Shown: positions 46,103-58,086 of the stretch, piece after piece | How positions within the stretch are numbered: position 1 is the stretch's first letter | How the letters are laid out: each line of letters opens with the position of its first letter | Source: Rebecca billardiae RCC1528 | Taxonomy: Eukaryota; Protista; Haptophyta | Assembly: GCA_965240325.2 (NCBI GenBank) | Contig: OZ251223.1 | Coordinates: 558,001 to 622,000 of the forward strand | DNA: 64,000 bases | Reading direction: 5' to 3' | Notes under the pieces: generated by a model | Told to the model about the DNA's origin: nothing | Seen by the model: the letters and a program-made list of their open reading frames with translations, nothing else | The model's database searches: none | Position numbers and translations under genes: made by a program

Positions 46103-48268
46103 GACCGCGTTCCGCGGTCCTTCCGTAGAACCAACGCAGTTAGGGGCCCGCGGTGCACCCTCCGTCGGCTGCTGTCTCAGTCGGACATGTGTAACAGTTC
46201 GTTTGCCTCGGAGCTGCCACCGCCACAACTCAGTTACCGCCCACCGGGCCGGCGGGCCGAGGACTGTCGCCGGCGGGCCGCCGCGCGGGGAAGCGGCCGC
46301 CGCGGGGCGGCGCGCGCGCGCAGGCAGGGCGATAGGCGCCGCGCGGCGCGGGCCAGCGCGTGCGCGCGTGCGGGCGCACAGTCTGCTTGACGTGCTCGCG
46401 CGGCGCCATGCGCTCGACGACGGGCCGCTGGTCGCTCACTCAGCCGGCGCACCTCGTGCCGGCAGACGGAGCGAGAGCGCGCGCCGCGCAGTGCTGCCCC
46501 GGCCTGCGCTGCCGGCAGCCGCGCACCGAGACCGAGCGGAGCTCGGGGTGGAACGAGGCGAGCGGCGCGTCGCGCCTGCCGCCGCGCGTGCGCGCCTGCT
46601 CCACCGCGCCGCCGTGCTCGCCCGCCGCCTCCTCCGCCGCGTCGGCCTCGAAGACGGCTGCGGCGGCCCGAGCCAGCGGCACGGGCTGAGCCCGTGCGCG
46701 CTGGCGCCCGGCGCCGATCGCCTCGACGGCCGTCTACTCCACAGCTGGCTGCTCGAGCTGCTGCACGGGGCGTCGCGACGAGGGCGCCACGCGCGCCCAG
46801 CGCGTCCGTCTCCGCGTCGCGCAGCGCGTCGAGCTCGGCGCCGCGCTTCGCCAGCTCGGCGCCCAGCGCCTCCGCACTCGCAGTTGGCATGCGCGAGCGT
46901 GCTCAAGCTGCTCGCGTGTGCCGCGTGTGCACTGGGCGCGGTGGCGGGTGCGCTGTGCGCCGCCGACACGTCCGCAGCGCGCGCCGCGCTCGGCGCCGCG
47001 CTCGGCGCGCTGCACGCCGCGGGCGCGGGCGGGCGCGCGGCGGCGTGGGCACGAGGGCTGTCCGTGCTGTGCGCGGAGCTCGGCGCCGCCGGCGCGGGCG
47101 CGTGCCACGCGGCGCTGCTCGAGCTGCCGGCGGGTGCGCAGCTGCGCGCGCTCGGCGGGCTGCTCGGCACCGCGCTGAGCGCCGCGCGCCCGCCCGCCGG
47201 CGCCACGCCGGCCGGCGCGCTCTGGCGCCGTCGCGCTGTTCCGCGAGCACCTGCGCGGCGCCGCGCTGGCGGAGGCGCTGGCGCACGGCGGCGGCGCGGA
47301 CGACGAGGAGGATGAGGAGACGATGAAGATGAGCAGGGCGAGGGCGGCGGACCGTGGGCCGGCACGCCACACGTCTACCGATGATGCTCGGGCGCCGAAC
47401 GAAGGCCAGCGCCAGAACGCATATGCCTGCGGGTTGAAGGCCAAAGCTCCTTTCGCCCGCTCGAAAGTGAAGGTTGTCTCGTTTGCTGTGTGCTGATTGG
47501 TGGTCGTCTTTCTATGGGTCGTAACCAAGCCGCTGCGTTTTTGTCAATAGCAAAGTTGGCATGGGCGAAGAGCAAACATCATAGTAAATGCGTGAGTGAT
47601 TCTCGGTTTTCGACGGTCTCTCCGCTCGCTGCGCGCTGATTGGTCGTTGTGCAGCTAACCCAAGGTTTTTAGTACACAGGTTGGTAGGAGTTGTGTTGTG
47701 TCGATATGGAATTGTGGACATAGAATGCTGAGCGTTTGACCAATCAACGTCTCGGGAAAAAGGACGAAACATGACTCACACGTGTGAGTACTCCCGATCT
47801 CCGGGAGATATGGCCATTTCCGCCCACTGGGGTCATTCAGGTGTAAAGTTGAGTAATTTGGCACCGCGCAATAAAGGTTCGTCGTTAGTAAAGTTGAGTA
47901 CTTGACGAAGACTTTTTGCCAGGAGCCCAGGACCTCCAGCGCACGCGCTGGGTCCTCGTCCTATTTGGCAATATGCTATGAAGATTTACAACAAATCGCA
48001 GATTCGTTCACCCAGATATACTGACAAATGCACGTCCGTCCATCGACATATGCGAAATGGCCCGGGCGCGGCTATTTCGTCAATCGCGTCTTGCTAATGC
48101 AGAGCAATGGGCGAATGTACCCCTCGAAAAAGCGAAAACTCACCCTCCAACAGCCCTCAAAATCGTCCCCCGTCCCCTTTTCTTTGATCAAAAGATCTGC
48201 TTTTTGACAACGTAGTGAGGGCCCCCGGCGGGGCTCCACGCTACGCGCTCCGCCCTGCACCGCGGGCC
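46103..48268 (-). mobile_element. Putative Helentron/HINE-like element, family 2, with a captured GC-rich gene-like fragment
   Basis: 13-bp asymmetric IR GGCCCGCGGTGCA (46145-46157) / TGCACCGCGGGCC (48256-48268). Terminal stem-loop GACCGCG-TTC-CGCGGTC (46103-46119). Both ends abut minisatellite 2. Confidence 0.55.
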
Positions 48269-48781
48269 ATCATGCAGTACCATACCATGCGCACAGCAGC
48301 AGTACCATACCATATGTATTGTATACAGTACCATGCAGTACCATACCATGCGCGCAGCAGTAGTTACTCACTACCATACAGCCTGATGCGGCATTACCAT
48401 ACCATGCGCACAGCAGTACCACCGTACCATGATGCAGTACCATACCATGCGCACAGCAGTACCATATAACCTACCATACTACATTACCATGCAGTACCAT
48501 ATACCATGCTGATGCGCGCAGCAGTACCATATATGTACCATGCGCGCAGCAGTACCGCATACCATAGCTACAGTACGTACGCCATCATGCAGTACCATAC
48601 CATGTCAGTACCATACCATGCGCACAGCAGCAGTACCATACCATATGTATACAGTACCATGCAGTACCATACCATGCGCGCAGCAGTACTCATACCATAC
48701 ACGGCCATGCTGCATTACCATACCATGCGCGCAGCAGTACCATAACCATACCATGCGTGCAGCAGTACCATACCATCATGC
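48269..48781. repeat. Minisatellite array 2, right part
   Basis: Same unit and orientation as 45577-46102. Confidence 0.9.
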
Positions 48782-48958
48782 GGGCACCGACCAGTGCTCC
48801 TGGGCTGGCGCCCTACTGAGTTTGCTCGCGCCGTATTTGAACTGCCGGACCCTGGCCTGAGAGTGACCGACCGCTGGCGGACCGACGATGTGATGGTGAC
48901 CGGCACCTGCCACTTAGGCTCCTGCCCGAGCGATATCTGCAGCAGCCTCAGTGGAATT

Positions 48959-49047
48959 GGGGGCTGGCCAGGGTAGGGCTCAGGGAGGCTTCGGCCGCCG
49001 GCCACTGTCTGATCTGAGTGATCACCCGGAACCCGTAATAAAGGGGA

Positions 49048-49097
<50 letters not shown>

Positions 49098-49112
49098 GAG
49101 AGAGAGAGAGAG
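48959..49112 (+). repeat. Structured dispersed repeat 3' end followed by a (GA)n tail
   Basis: GGGGGCTGGCCAGGGTAGGGCT..GGAGGCTTCGGCCGCC...GATCACCCGGAACCCGTAATAAAGGGGAAT, then ~60 bp of (GA)n. Confidence 0.8.
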
Positions 49113-49868
49113 TCCTGCATGAATAATATATCATCATTATTGACGATGCTGAATACATGCAATATATTTGATGACGATGAAGTGGCCGCAGTGCGGGCGC
49201 GGCACTACTTGGAGCGGCCAGCGGGGCGAGCCCTGCATTCCGGTAGGACCGGGGTGAATGCAGCATTGCCGGGTGCAACCCGGCAATGCCCGTCTGAATG
49301 GTCATCATCTCCTCAATCAATTGACAATAATAGAGGGCTGGTCTGCCCTAGACGGCAGTCGCTCCGCTTAGTGTGCAGTTGGGTTTCCACGGAAAGTCTT
49401 TGTTGCGGAAACTATATAGATAGCGCGGTCCGAGATTCCCCGCCCGCCATACTTTTTATTATTATAAGGTATGGTGAGCTAATTATACTATTGCAGTGTA
49501 TGCTGTCGTCTCCGCGAGTATTGTCGTACTCAGTTACTGTATTAGCTTACCGCCGAGGCATCAAACTGTTAGTCGTAGTCTTATATAGCAGCACGCGTGA
49601 CGCGGCTCAGTCTGGACGACAGCGGGCACAGCGGCTCGCCCGGGATCTGCGGGTGCAGCCGTGGGACGCGGGCACTCACTGCGGGCAGCATGTGGGCCAT
49701 GCCGCCAGCCGCCCGGTACGGCCCGCCCGCATTATCACTGAGACCGGTGACGGTGACACGCGAGACGACCCGCGCCGCGTGAGACCGAGTCCGAGTCCGA
49801 CTGACCATGCGAGTCCGAGTCGGCGAGTGAGCGGCGGCGTCTGGTGGAGTGCGTAAAGCCGTAAACTG

Positions 49869-51044
49869 TTACAGCGGTTGCTGCTGCTGCCACGGCTGTG
49901 GGTGCGCCGCCGTGTGCTGATGCCAATACGGCAATGGCGCGGCCGCGACCGATGTCATCAGGTGCGGATTATTACTGGCGCCTGGGGCGGCGTGTGTGGT
50001 GGGGAAGGGCGAAACAGGCGAGTAGGTGTGATGATGCGCCAGCATCGCCGGCGTCTGCTGCGCCGCCTGCGCGTGGACGTGCATGGGGAACGCGTATGAG
50101 GCCGTGCCGCCGGAGGGGGGTCCATCGCCGAGCGCGACGGCTGTGGCCGACTGCATAGCGGCGGGCCAGCCCTCACCACCGGGGCCGCGCGCGAAGTGCG
50201 GGACTGGCAGCCCGCAGTGCGGCATCGCCTGCACGGGGGGCAGCGCGGTGTGCCACGACGGTGCCGCCGGGTAGCTGTATGCACTCGGACTGGCGCATGC
50301 AGACCCGAACGTCATCGTGCACCCCGCCTGCACGCCCCATGCCTGGTGAGGGAACGCCATCTGGCCCGGCGCATGCGTCGGCTGGGACGCGAGCTCGGGG
50401 AAGTTGACCTCACGGTCGAGGCGATGCTCGCGCACGAAAGTGTCGTAGGCAAGGGCGGCTTCCTTCTCGGTCGCGAACACGCCCAGGTGGTTATGCTGGC
50501 GCCTGAGCATGCACGACGCTCGCCACGGCCGATTCGGGTTCGACGCCGAGCGGTGGACGCCCACGTACCGGCTCGCCGTCTTGCGCGTGTTTCGCATCTT
50601 CACGGGCGCCGTGCCCCCGCCGGGAGCGGTCACGCTGCGGCGGTCGCAGCCCTCGGGGAAGTTGACGCGGCGCTGGAGCTTCTTCTCGCGCACGAACGAG
50701 TCGTAGGCGAGCGCGGCCGTGTCCTCATCAGCAAAGTTGCCGAGGTGGACCTGTTTGCCGTTCCAATCGCACGTCGCCGCCCACTTGTTGCGCTCCTTGC
50801 CGCTGCGCTCGACACCAACGTACAGGCTGCGCGGGCGCGCGTCCTCGGCGGCGCCTGGCTTGCATGCACCTGCCTCCGCGCCATCTGCGTCCTCGTCGTC
50901 CTCGCCGTCATCGTCGGCATCGTCAGCATCGTCGCCGTCGTCGCCGCCGTCGTGGCCGTCGTCGGCCGCGCCGCCGTCGCCGCACGGCAGCGTGCCGTCT
51001 GTTGCATCAGTGGCGGGTGTGCGCGCAGCGGGTGTGGTGTTCAT
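49869..51044 (-). CDS. Transcription factor with two AP2/ERF domains
   Basis: SLYVGV...KWAA...HLGNFADEDTAALAYD...VNFP and SRYVGV...WRAS...HLGVFATEKEAALAYD...VNFP. Acidic N-terminus and Pro/Gln/His-rich C-terminus. Confidence 0.92.
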   Translation of the reverse strand: MNTTPAARTPATDATDGTLPCGDGGAADDGHDGGDDGDDADDADDDGEDDEDADGAEAGACKPGAAEDARPRSLYVGVERSGKERNKWAATCDWNGKQVHLGNFADEDTAALAYDSFVREKKLQRRVNFPEGCDRRSVTAPGGGTAPVKMRNTRKTASRYVGVHRSASNPNRPWRASCMLRRQHNHLGVFATEKEAALAYDTFVREHRLDREVNFPELASQPTHAPGQMAFPHQAWGVQAGCTMTFGSACASPSAYSYPAAPSWHTALPPVQAMPHCGLPVPHFARGPGGEGWPAAMQSATAVALGDGPPSGGTASYAFPMHVHAQAAQQTPAMLAHHHTYSPVSPFPTTHAAPGASNNPHLMTSVAAAPLPYWHQHTAAHPQPWQQQQPL

Positions 51045-51618
51045 GCTTTTCCCCGGGGCGTCTAGCAGCTTCTAACCAGGCTGAGGCAAAGTGGAGATTC
51101 TCAAACTCGGCGGTGGAATCGTGAGACATACATATGATACTGACTTGATGGGTTCGGGAAGTAATTCATCAACTGATGATGCTTACCCCTTCCTACCCGC
51201 CACTACCCGGCCGCGGGTGTGACCAGTCAACGTGAATGAATAGTCTCACACCATTTAAATTAAGGTTTGTAATCAGGGCATATAATGAAACGTCGCGCTT
51301 TCATCATATTCATTGAAGATTGTAGTACTTATGCACTTTAGATGATGATCAGATGCGATGATCAATCAAGGGGATTACAAAATAAGCCACTACCCGTAAT
51401 TGGCCAATCTCATGACAGAATAAGCCGGGCCGGCCGCGCCCGGCCGGGGGCGCGGCCGATCATCGGCCGATCTGATCGCGCTCGGGCGCGATCTGATCGC
51501 CGCGCGATCTGATCGCCGCTGCACGATCGCGCTCGGACCCGTTGCGACTGGCTGGGCACCGGCGCTGGTACACGTAGCGCCTCCTCATCGTCATTGCATT
51601 CCACGAGCTAATATTGAA

Positions 51619-54600
51619 TTATTGATGGTCCGGCGCTCCGGTGCCGCCGCGCGCACCACGCCCACTGCTGCGGTCACCGCGACCGCCGCCGCCACCGCCA
51701 GACGTACTCCCGCGCGGCCCCATGGCGGGCAGTGCGCACGCGTTCGGGTTGCGCACCGGCTCGTCCATGTAGGCCGCGGCGAGCGGGATCGGCGTGTCGT
51801 CGTCATCTGCCGCGCGCCTCAGCACCAGCTGCTTGAGCTCGCGCCGCTCGCGCTCCTCGGTGGCTTCGTGCTGAATGTGCGTCTGCGCGAGGCCCGAGCT
51901 CACCGGGACGCGCAGCTCGGCGACCCGATTCTTGTTGTGCCCTTTCTTGCTCAGCAGCCGCAGGCCGACTGTGCCTTCCGCCTCGGCCGTCGAGCTCGCC
52001 GCCATCGCATCGGCCGAGCCGCTGCCGCCGCCGTCCGCGCCACGGCCGAGCTTGCTCACCGCGGGCAGGCTGAGCGCGCCGCCCGCGGCGCCAGCGGCGC
52101 GGATCTGGCGCTGCCCTTCGAGCGACTCGCTCACCAGCGAGCTCATCAGCCGCTCAAACTCCGCCTCCTCAGCAGCTGTCGGGCGCGTCGGCGTCGCTGG
52201 CTTCTTGGCGCCGGCCGGCCCGTCGAAGCGGCGTGCGGCGCCGGCGCGCGGAGAGCCCGCCTCCGCGCCGTCCGGATCGGCGTCATCAGCGTCCGCGCCG
52301 TCAGCGTCGGCATCGTCGTCGTCCGCGTCCCCGTCATCATCGCTGTCGCCCGGCTCTTCGCGCGCCGTCCCGCCGTCGCCGCCGTCGCCGCTCGCCCCCT
52401 CGTTCTCCGCGCCCTCCGTGCGTCCGAGGGCGTCCCACGTCCTGGCGGCGGCGGCGGCGGACGCCGCGGCGCGCTGCGAGCGCGCCCGCTGCTGCGTCTT
52501 GCCGCGCATGTGCCTGGGCAGCGCGAGGTCCTCCCACGCGCGCCGCTCGCGCTCTCGCACGTCCGCCACGCCCTCCGCCACGCTCGCATACCGCCGCATC
52601 CGCGGCCGCAGCGCCTCGAGCAGATCGGCGACGGCGAACTGCACGTCGAGCGTCGCGCGCTTTGAGAGCACGAGCAGCTGGAAATAATTCAAAAAGTGGT
52701 TCAGCCGCCGCTTGCTGCGGCCGGCGGAGAAGTAGCCGCCGCACGCCTCGAGCAGCGCGCACACGAGCCGCGCGCGCGTGCAGTCGTCCGCGCTCTCCTT
52801 CAGGTCGAGCTGCGCCTCGTCGAACTCGGGCACGCCCGGCGCCGCCGACGGCGGCGCGCCGGCGCCGCCGCCCGCGCCGCTCGCAGCCCTCGCCGCGCGC
52901 GCCGCCCACGCCTCGTGCCTCCGAGCGTGCGCGACGTGCGCGGGCACGTGCGCGGCCGTGGGGAACCAGTCGCCGGGCAGCGGCCGCGCGAAGGGCACGA
53001 GCACGTGCAGCAGCTCGAACACGTGCGTCGCGTTGAGCACGCGGTAGTTGAAGAGCTCGCCCAGCAGGCGCGCGCGGCACGTGAGGAGCTGCAGCTCGCG
53101 CTGCTGCGGCCGGCCGCCGGCGCGCGACACAAAGTGCTCGAGCAGGAGGTCGACCCAGCGGCCGGTGGCGTCGTCCCTGTGGCGCGCGAGGCCGGAGATG
53201 AGCGACGCGACGAGCGGGAGCGCGTCGAAGCGCGACTCGCACGCCGCGAGCAGGCACGACAGCACGAACGCCTCGAGGCCTGGGTCGGCGTCCCACGGCA
53301 GTTTCCGGAACTTTCCGAGTGTGCGGTCGACCGTCGCCTCGCTCAGCTCGGCGAGCAGCAGGTGGCGGACGTACGCGCGCACGGGCGAGAGCGGCGGCTC
53401 GGGCGGCGCCCGCGCCACCGGCTCGGCCGGGTAGCACTGCGCCACCGCTGCCTCGATCTGCGCGTCCGCCTCCTCATCCATCGAGCGCGCGTTCTTGAGT
53501 CGTAGCGTGAGAGCCAGAAGCGGCGCGCACTGGCCGTGCGTCGGCGCGGCGCGGTAGAGGAAGCGGCCGCACGCGTCGAGCAGCGCGCAGAACGTGTCGA
53601 CGCACGCGCGCTCCTCGAACGCGTCGAGCAGCGCGCGCAGCCGCCCGAGCACCTCCGACGGCGGCAGCACGCCCACCTTGCACAGCTCGCCCGCATACGC
53701 GGCGGCGCGTGCGCACGCCTCCGCTCGCGCCGCGCCGCGCAGCGGCTTCGCCGAGCCGTCGGCGCCCGCGCCCTGCGGCGCGGGTGCGTGGCGCGTGGTG
53801 AGGTCGTCGATGGGCGCGAGCACCCTCGCGCACAGCTCCGCGGACACGTGCGCGAACCCGGCGGCGTGCAGCGTCGCCATCAGCCTCGCATAGTGAGGCA
53901 GCAGCTCCGAGCGGCCCGGAGGCGGCGCCGCGAGCGCGCGCGCCAGCCGCCTCGGCACCTCCCGGACCCCGGCGTAGCACAGCTCCTCGGCCAGCCGGTC
54001 GACCTTGGCCTTCGAGGCGCACGCCGGCAGGGAGAGGAGCAGCGTGTCCACCGCGTGCGCGCTGGAGCCACCACCCGCGCCGCCTGCCGTGGAGCCGTCG
54101 GCCGACGCGGCACCGTCCGTGGCCGTCGCGCCCGCTTGCGCGTCCGCCGGCATCGTGCCAGATCCCAGCAGGGTCGCTGGGAGCGACGAGCGCAGGTCGA
54201 GGAGCTGCATGTACAGCGCCGCCTCCTCCTCGTCCGCCCACACCTCCATGCCCTCGTGGCCCTCCACCACGCGGCCCCCGTCGGCGCCGGACCCAGCCCC
54301 GCCGCCGTCCGCGCCGCCCCCGTCGGCGCTCGGCGCACCCTGCTGCTCGTCGCCCGCGGCCGCCAACTCAGGCAGCGGCAGGTTGAGCAGCTCGGCGAGG
54401 GCCGAGCAGCCGGAGGACAGCCGCTCGTGCGAGCGGCGCAGTGCGTCGTACGCCGCTGCCTGCTCGATCGGCAACTCGCCCGAGCTGAGCAGCTGCCGCC
54501 TGCGCGCGCGGCGCGGCAGGGCGCGCGCGAGACGTCGAGACATCCGGGGTCAGGGTCCTCCGCTCAGCAAGTGTCCGCGCGGCGCGCGCGCGCGCGCGCG

Positions 54601-55490
54601 CTCGCGTGTGTGTGCGTCTGCAGCGGCGTGGCGCCCGCGCACCGATTCGCCTTCTCCGCGCGCTGCAGCCGCGCGTGCTCGGACACGAGCTGCCGGCTCA
54701 CGAGCTTGTAGTAGCTCGAGAGCAGGCCGGTGAGCTGCTTCGCACTCGGCTCGGGGAGCAGCCCCGCTGCCTCGGCGCCGCTCGCGCTGCCGTCGCCGTT
54801 CTCGACGTCGGCCGCGGGGCGGGGTCGCGCGCCGAGCAGCGCGGGGCATACGTGCCGCACGAACCCGCTGATCGCCGGGAGGTTGGGCACGAGGAGCGCC
54901 GAGGGCTCCGCCGCGTTGGCCGCCGACTTGGCAGCGTCGGCGTCCTGCTTCGCCACGTCCTTGATCGCGGTCAGAACGGGCGCAAAGTCGGTGCACACGC
55001 CGGCGCAGTACAGCTCGCCGAGCAGGCGGAGGCTCATGCGCTTACGCGCGAGCCGCGCGGCGCGCTCGGCCTCGCTCTCGCTCGAGGGCGCCGCCACGCT
55101 CGCCTGCTTGTGCACCAGCGGCACAAGCTCGTCTCGGAAGTCGGCGTACGCGCGGTGCATCGCAGAGGCGATCTCGAGCGCGGCCACGACGTCGCTCGAG
55201 CGCAGCTTCGCCTCAGCGATCGCAGCGGCGACTTCGGACACGTACAGCCGGAGGTTGAGCCGGTGCAGCTCGTCGAGGAGGGGCTGCCGCGTCTCCTCGG
55301 AGAGAGCGCGCACGCGCCGGACCAGCGCCGTCGCCTTCTTGGTGTTGCTCTCGAGGCCGCGGAGGTTGCTGCCGTCCGGCGGGTGCTCGTTCGCCGCGAG
55401 GTTCGCCTGGCGCATGGCCAGCCGAGCCTCGGCAGCGGCGGCTCCCTTTTCGTCGGCCGCTCGAGGCGCCGCCTCGGCGTGCGACGACAT
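51619..55490 (-). CDS. UPF2: Regulator of nonsense transcripts 2 (MIF4G domains). Exons 55490-54643, 54499-51619
   Basis: LESNTKKATALVRRVR...LNLRLYVSEVAAAIAEAKL; LLDACGRFLYR; KFRKLPW; LLGELFNYR; RARLVCALLEACGGYF; acidic C-terminal region. GT-AG intron 54642-54500. Confidence 0.93.
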
Positions 55491-55882
55491 CGTGGCTGCG
55501 GCGGCGATGTCTTCAGCGCCACTCAGAAGACGATCAGCATGGAGGCTCATTGGCTGCCGGACGTGCTCGTGGGGTCTGCCGCCCCGGCGGTCCAGCGCGG
55601 GCGTGGCTGCGGTCGGCGGGCCGTCTGATTGGTCTGCGCGGCCGTTCAGGTCCGAGAGCGCCTCTCGCGCGCCTCGGATGAGGGCGGGGAGTGCCGGCGC
55701 ACGGCACGCGCCTCCCCGGAGGTGCAAACATTGCGCGTCAACCGGCGGCGCGGAGCGGCCGTCGGCAACGCTGGCCACACCGCTGTCAAAGCCTGACTGA
55801 GGTAGTCGTCAAGCTGCTGCTGGCGTGCAGCGGTGGCTGCATATATCACTCTCTAGTCAGTGAAAACAAATCCCCTTGCTCG

Positions 55883-57703
55883 TCATCGCGGAGGCGCCGA
55901 TCGCGAGCCGGCCAGGCCCAGGGCTGCACACGCCAGGGCAGCCTTCTTCCCGCCGATGAGCTTCAGCCGCGTCATTTGCCTACACAGCCGCTCGCGCGCG
56001 TCGGGCCCTTCGTCACCGCCTCGCCGCCGCGCGCGCTTGCCGCCGAGCCGGAAGCTCTGTGCCAGGCGGTCGCAGCACGCAGAGTTGAGATTCACAATCT
56101 CCTGCCCGTGCAGGCACGCCATCTCGGAGACCTTCAGGCCGTAGCCGCCGCCGCCGTAGAAGAAGCGCTTGCCCGCGTGCAGCGCGTGCACCAGCTCGTC
56201 GTCCGGGTGCCCCCCCAGCCGCAGCGCGACGGTGGCGCCGCGCGCCTCGAAGTAGCGCCGGATCGCGAGCACGTACAGGCACGACTTGGTCACACTCTCC
56301 TGGACGGCCGTTACGTAACGGCCGTCCCCCAGCTCAAGCTGCCCGACGCCGCCGGCGTGCGCCGCGGCCATCAGCGTGAGGTTGTTGCCGGCCACGCAGT
56401 CCAAGCTCTGCAGCGGCAGCACGTACGCGTTCCGCACGATCGGACCCACGTGCGGGTAGAAGTACGTCTGCCGCCTCAGCATCTGCGCGAGCGAGTCCGG
56501 GGCTTCGTCGATCACGTCGCCGATGCGCAGGTGGATGGTGCTTGTCGACTGCGCGGGCGCGCGGCGGGAGGCGCGGGTGGCGTCGGGCGGCAGGCGGCGG
56601 CTCACGATCCGATACAGCGCGCGGTGGTCCGCCCAGCTCCCCGCCCACGACGGCGCGCTCTGGCCGCGCCACGCCTCGAGCTGCGCCAAGATGAACTCGG
56701 CCGCCAGCGAGCCGTTGAAGTCCGCGCACACGCGGCCGCACTCGCGCCCCTCCCAGGGGAAACCCTTGGTGATGAAGTCGCGGAGGCGGTAGCGCTCCCA
56801 GCCGCTGGGCGGGCGGAAGCGGCGCAGGAACGCCTCATCGTAGCACGGCGCGCTCTCGCGCTGCACCCGCGCGGCGGTGGCGCACTCGGCGGCGACGTCG
56901 GGCCAGCCAGGCGGTCGCTGCGCGCCGAGCGCACACGGCCGCGAGGTGTTGCCCCGGAGGGGCTGTGTGGGGTCGCCGCCATCGGCGAGCTCGCGCCAGC
57001 GCTTGGAGCGGCCAGACTGGGCGTAAGCGAGCGTGGCTGGGTGGATGAAGCTCAGCAGCTCCCTCCCGGAAAGCACAACCTCCCGACCGACGCCGCAGCA
57101 CGAGCCGGCGACGGAGCACGCGCACGCGAACGCTGAGCGCTCCGTGCTGCGCAGCAGTGGCGCCACGTGCTTCAGCCACGCGGGCGTGAGGCCGGTGGGC
57201 GAGCCGAGCTCGGCGACGATGCGCACGTCGATGCGTGCCAGCGACGCGGCGCTCATGAGCGCCCGGAGCGGCCCGATTCGGCTCGGGCACCTGAACGCGA
57301 TGACGCTGGGCTCTGTTGCATTCGGATCTGTGGCATTCGCCCCGCCTCCCCGCCAGGTGCGCAGGTCGAGCAGGCGTCGCGAGAGCTGCGAGGGCGAGAC
57401 ATGCTGCTCGGCGAACGCGCTTGAAAGCTTGGTCACGTAGTCGGGCACCCACGTGCACGCGTCGCACTCCGCCATCAGCTGCGCCCAAGTTTGCACAGCG
57501 TCGGTGAGCACGCACACGTACCGCTGCCGCAGGGAGTAGAACGCCTTCGGGGCGCGGTGAGCATCGTACACGTCAGGATCCGCCGCGAGCTTTGCCGGGT
57601 CGGCCCTCGCAGGACTGGGGTCGGCGGGGGCGACCCCGTGCAGTCCCCACGAGATGCAGAGCGCGGCGATGACGGCCGCGCCTCGACGTGCTCGCGCGGC
57701 CAT
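55883..57703 (-). CDS. Secreted/membrane-anchored hypothetical protein with a C-terminal fucosyltransferase-like (GT-B) motif
   Basis: Hydrophobic N-terminus (AAVIAALCISWGL). IHLRIGDVID resembles the HxRxGD GDP-sugar-binding motif of GT11/NodZ-like enzymes. Downstream PDDELV...FFYGGGGYG. Confidence 0.6.
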   Translation of the reverse strand: MAARARRGAAVIAALCISWGLHGVAPADPSPARADPAKLAADPDVYDAHRAPKAFYSLRQRYVCVLTDAVQTWAQLMAECDACTWVPDYVTKLSSAFAEQHVSPSQLSRRLLDLRTWRGGGANATDPNATEPSVIAFRCPSRIGPLRALMSAASLARIDVRIVAELGSPTGLTPAWLKHVAPLLRSTERSAFACACSVAGSCCGVGREVVLSGRELLSFIHPATLAYAQSGRSKRWRELADGGDPTQPLRGNTSRPCALGAQRPPGWPDVAAECATAARVQRESAPCYDEAFLRRFRPPSGWERYRLRDFITKGFPWEGRECGRVCADFNGSLAAEFILAQLEAWRGQSAPSWAGSWADHRALYRIVSRRLPPDATRASRRAPAQSTSTIHLRIGDVIDEAPDSLAQMLRRQTYFYPHVGPIVRNAYVLPLQSLDCVAGNNLTLMAAAHAGGVGQLELGDGRYVTAVQESVTKSCLYVLAIRRYFEARGATVALRLGGHPDDELVHALHAGKRFFYGGGGYGLKVSEMACLHGQEIVNLNSACCDRLAQSFRLGGKRARRRGGDEGPDARERLCRQMTRLKLIGGKKAALACAALGLAGSRSAPPR

Positions 57704-58086
57704 GAGAGTTACTACCCGAAGATCAGCGTAGCGCCGTAGCCGATCATCGACATCGTATGTACAATACTTGGTCATCGGTTCAAAATCGGTTCGGCGGCTC
57801 TCAAATAAGAAATATAAACCGCGTCGGTTCGGCGCGCGCGTCTTTTACTATGATATCATACGACTCCGAAACCGTACTCAACGGCTCAACGCTCTACGGC
57901 TTCGTCATTAGTAGTACAGCTCTGTCAGCTTGGCCGTTTGGGCGTAACGACTGTGAACGTCATCGTCCGCAGCAGCAGACTGTCACCGCGCCGCAGCTGC
58001 CCTGACGACCAGCTGTCTTGACGGCTGCCACGGCACCGAGCAGGTAATCGTAAATCGGTCGCGCGTAGTCAAGCAACTATACAGAC

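Noticed and set aside
46230-47370. A complete protein-coding gene
   Set aside because: The coding strand is ambiguous and there is no credible start or recognisable domain. It is treated as a possible captured fragment.
42640-48781. Repeat arrays as CRISPR-like loci
   Set aside because: The units are contiguous degenerate tandem repeats without unique spacers, there are no cas genes, and the context is eukaryotic.
51097-51180. Shared upstream words (GGAATC, TTCGGGAAG..AATTC, TCATCAAC) before the AP2 and RWP-RK genes (30714-30835)
   Set aside because: The matches are short with inconsistent spacing and cannot be distinguished from chance by eye.
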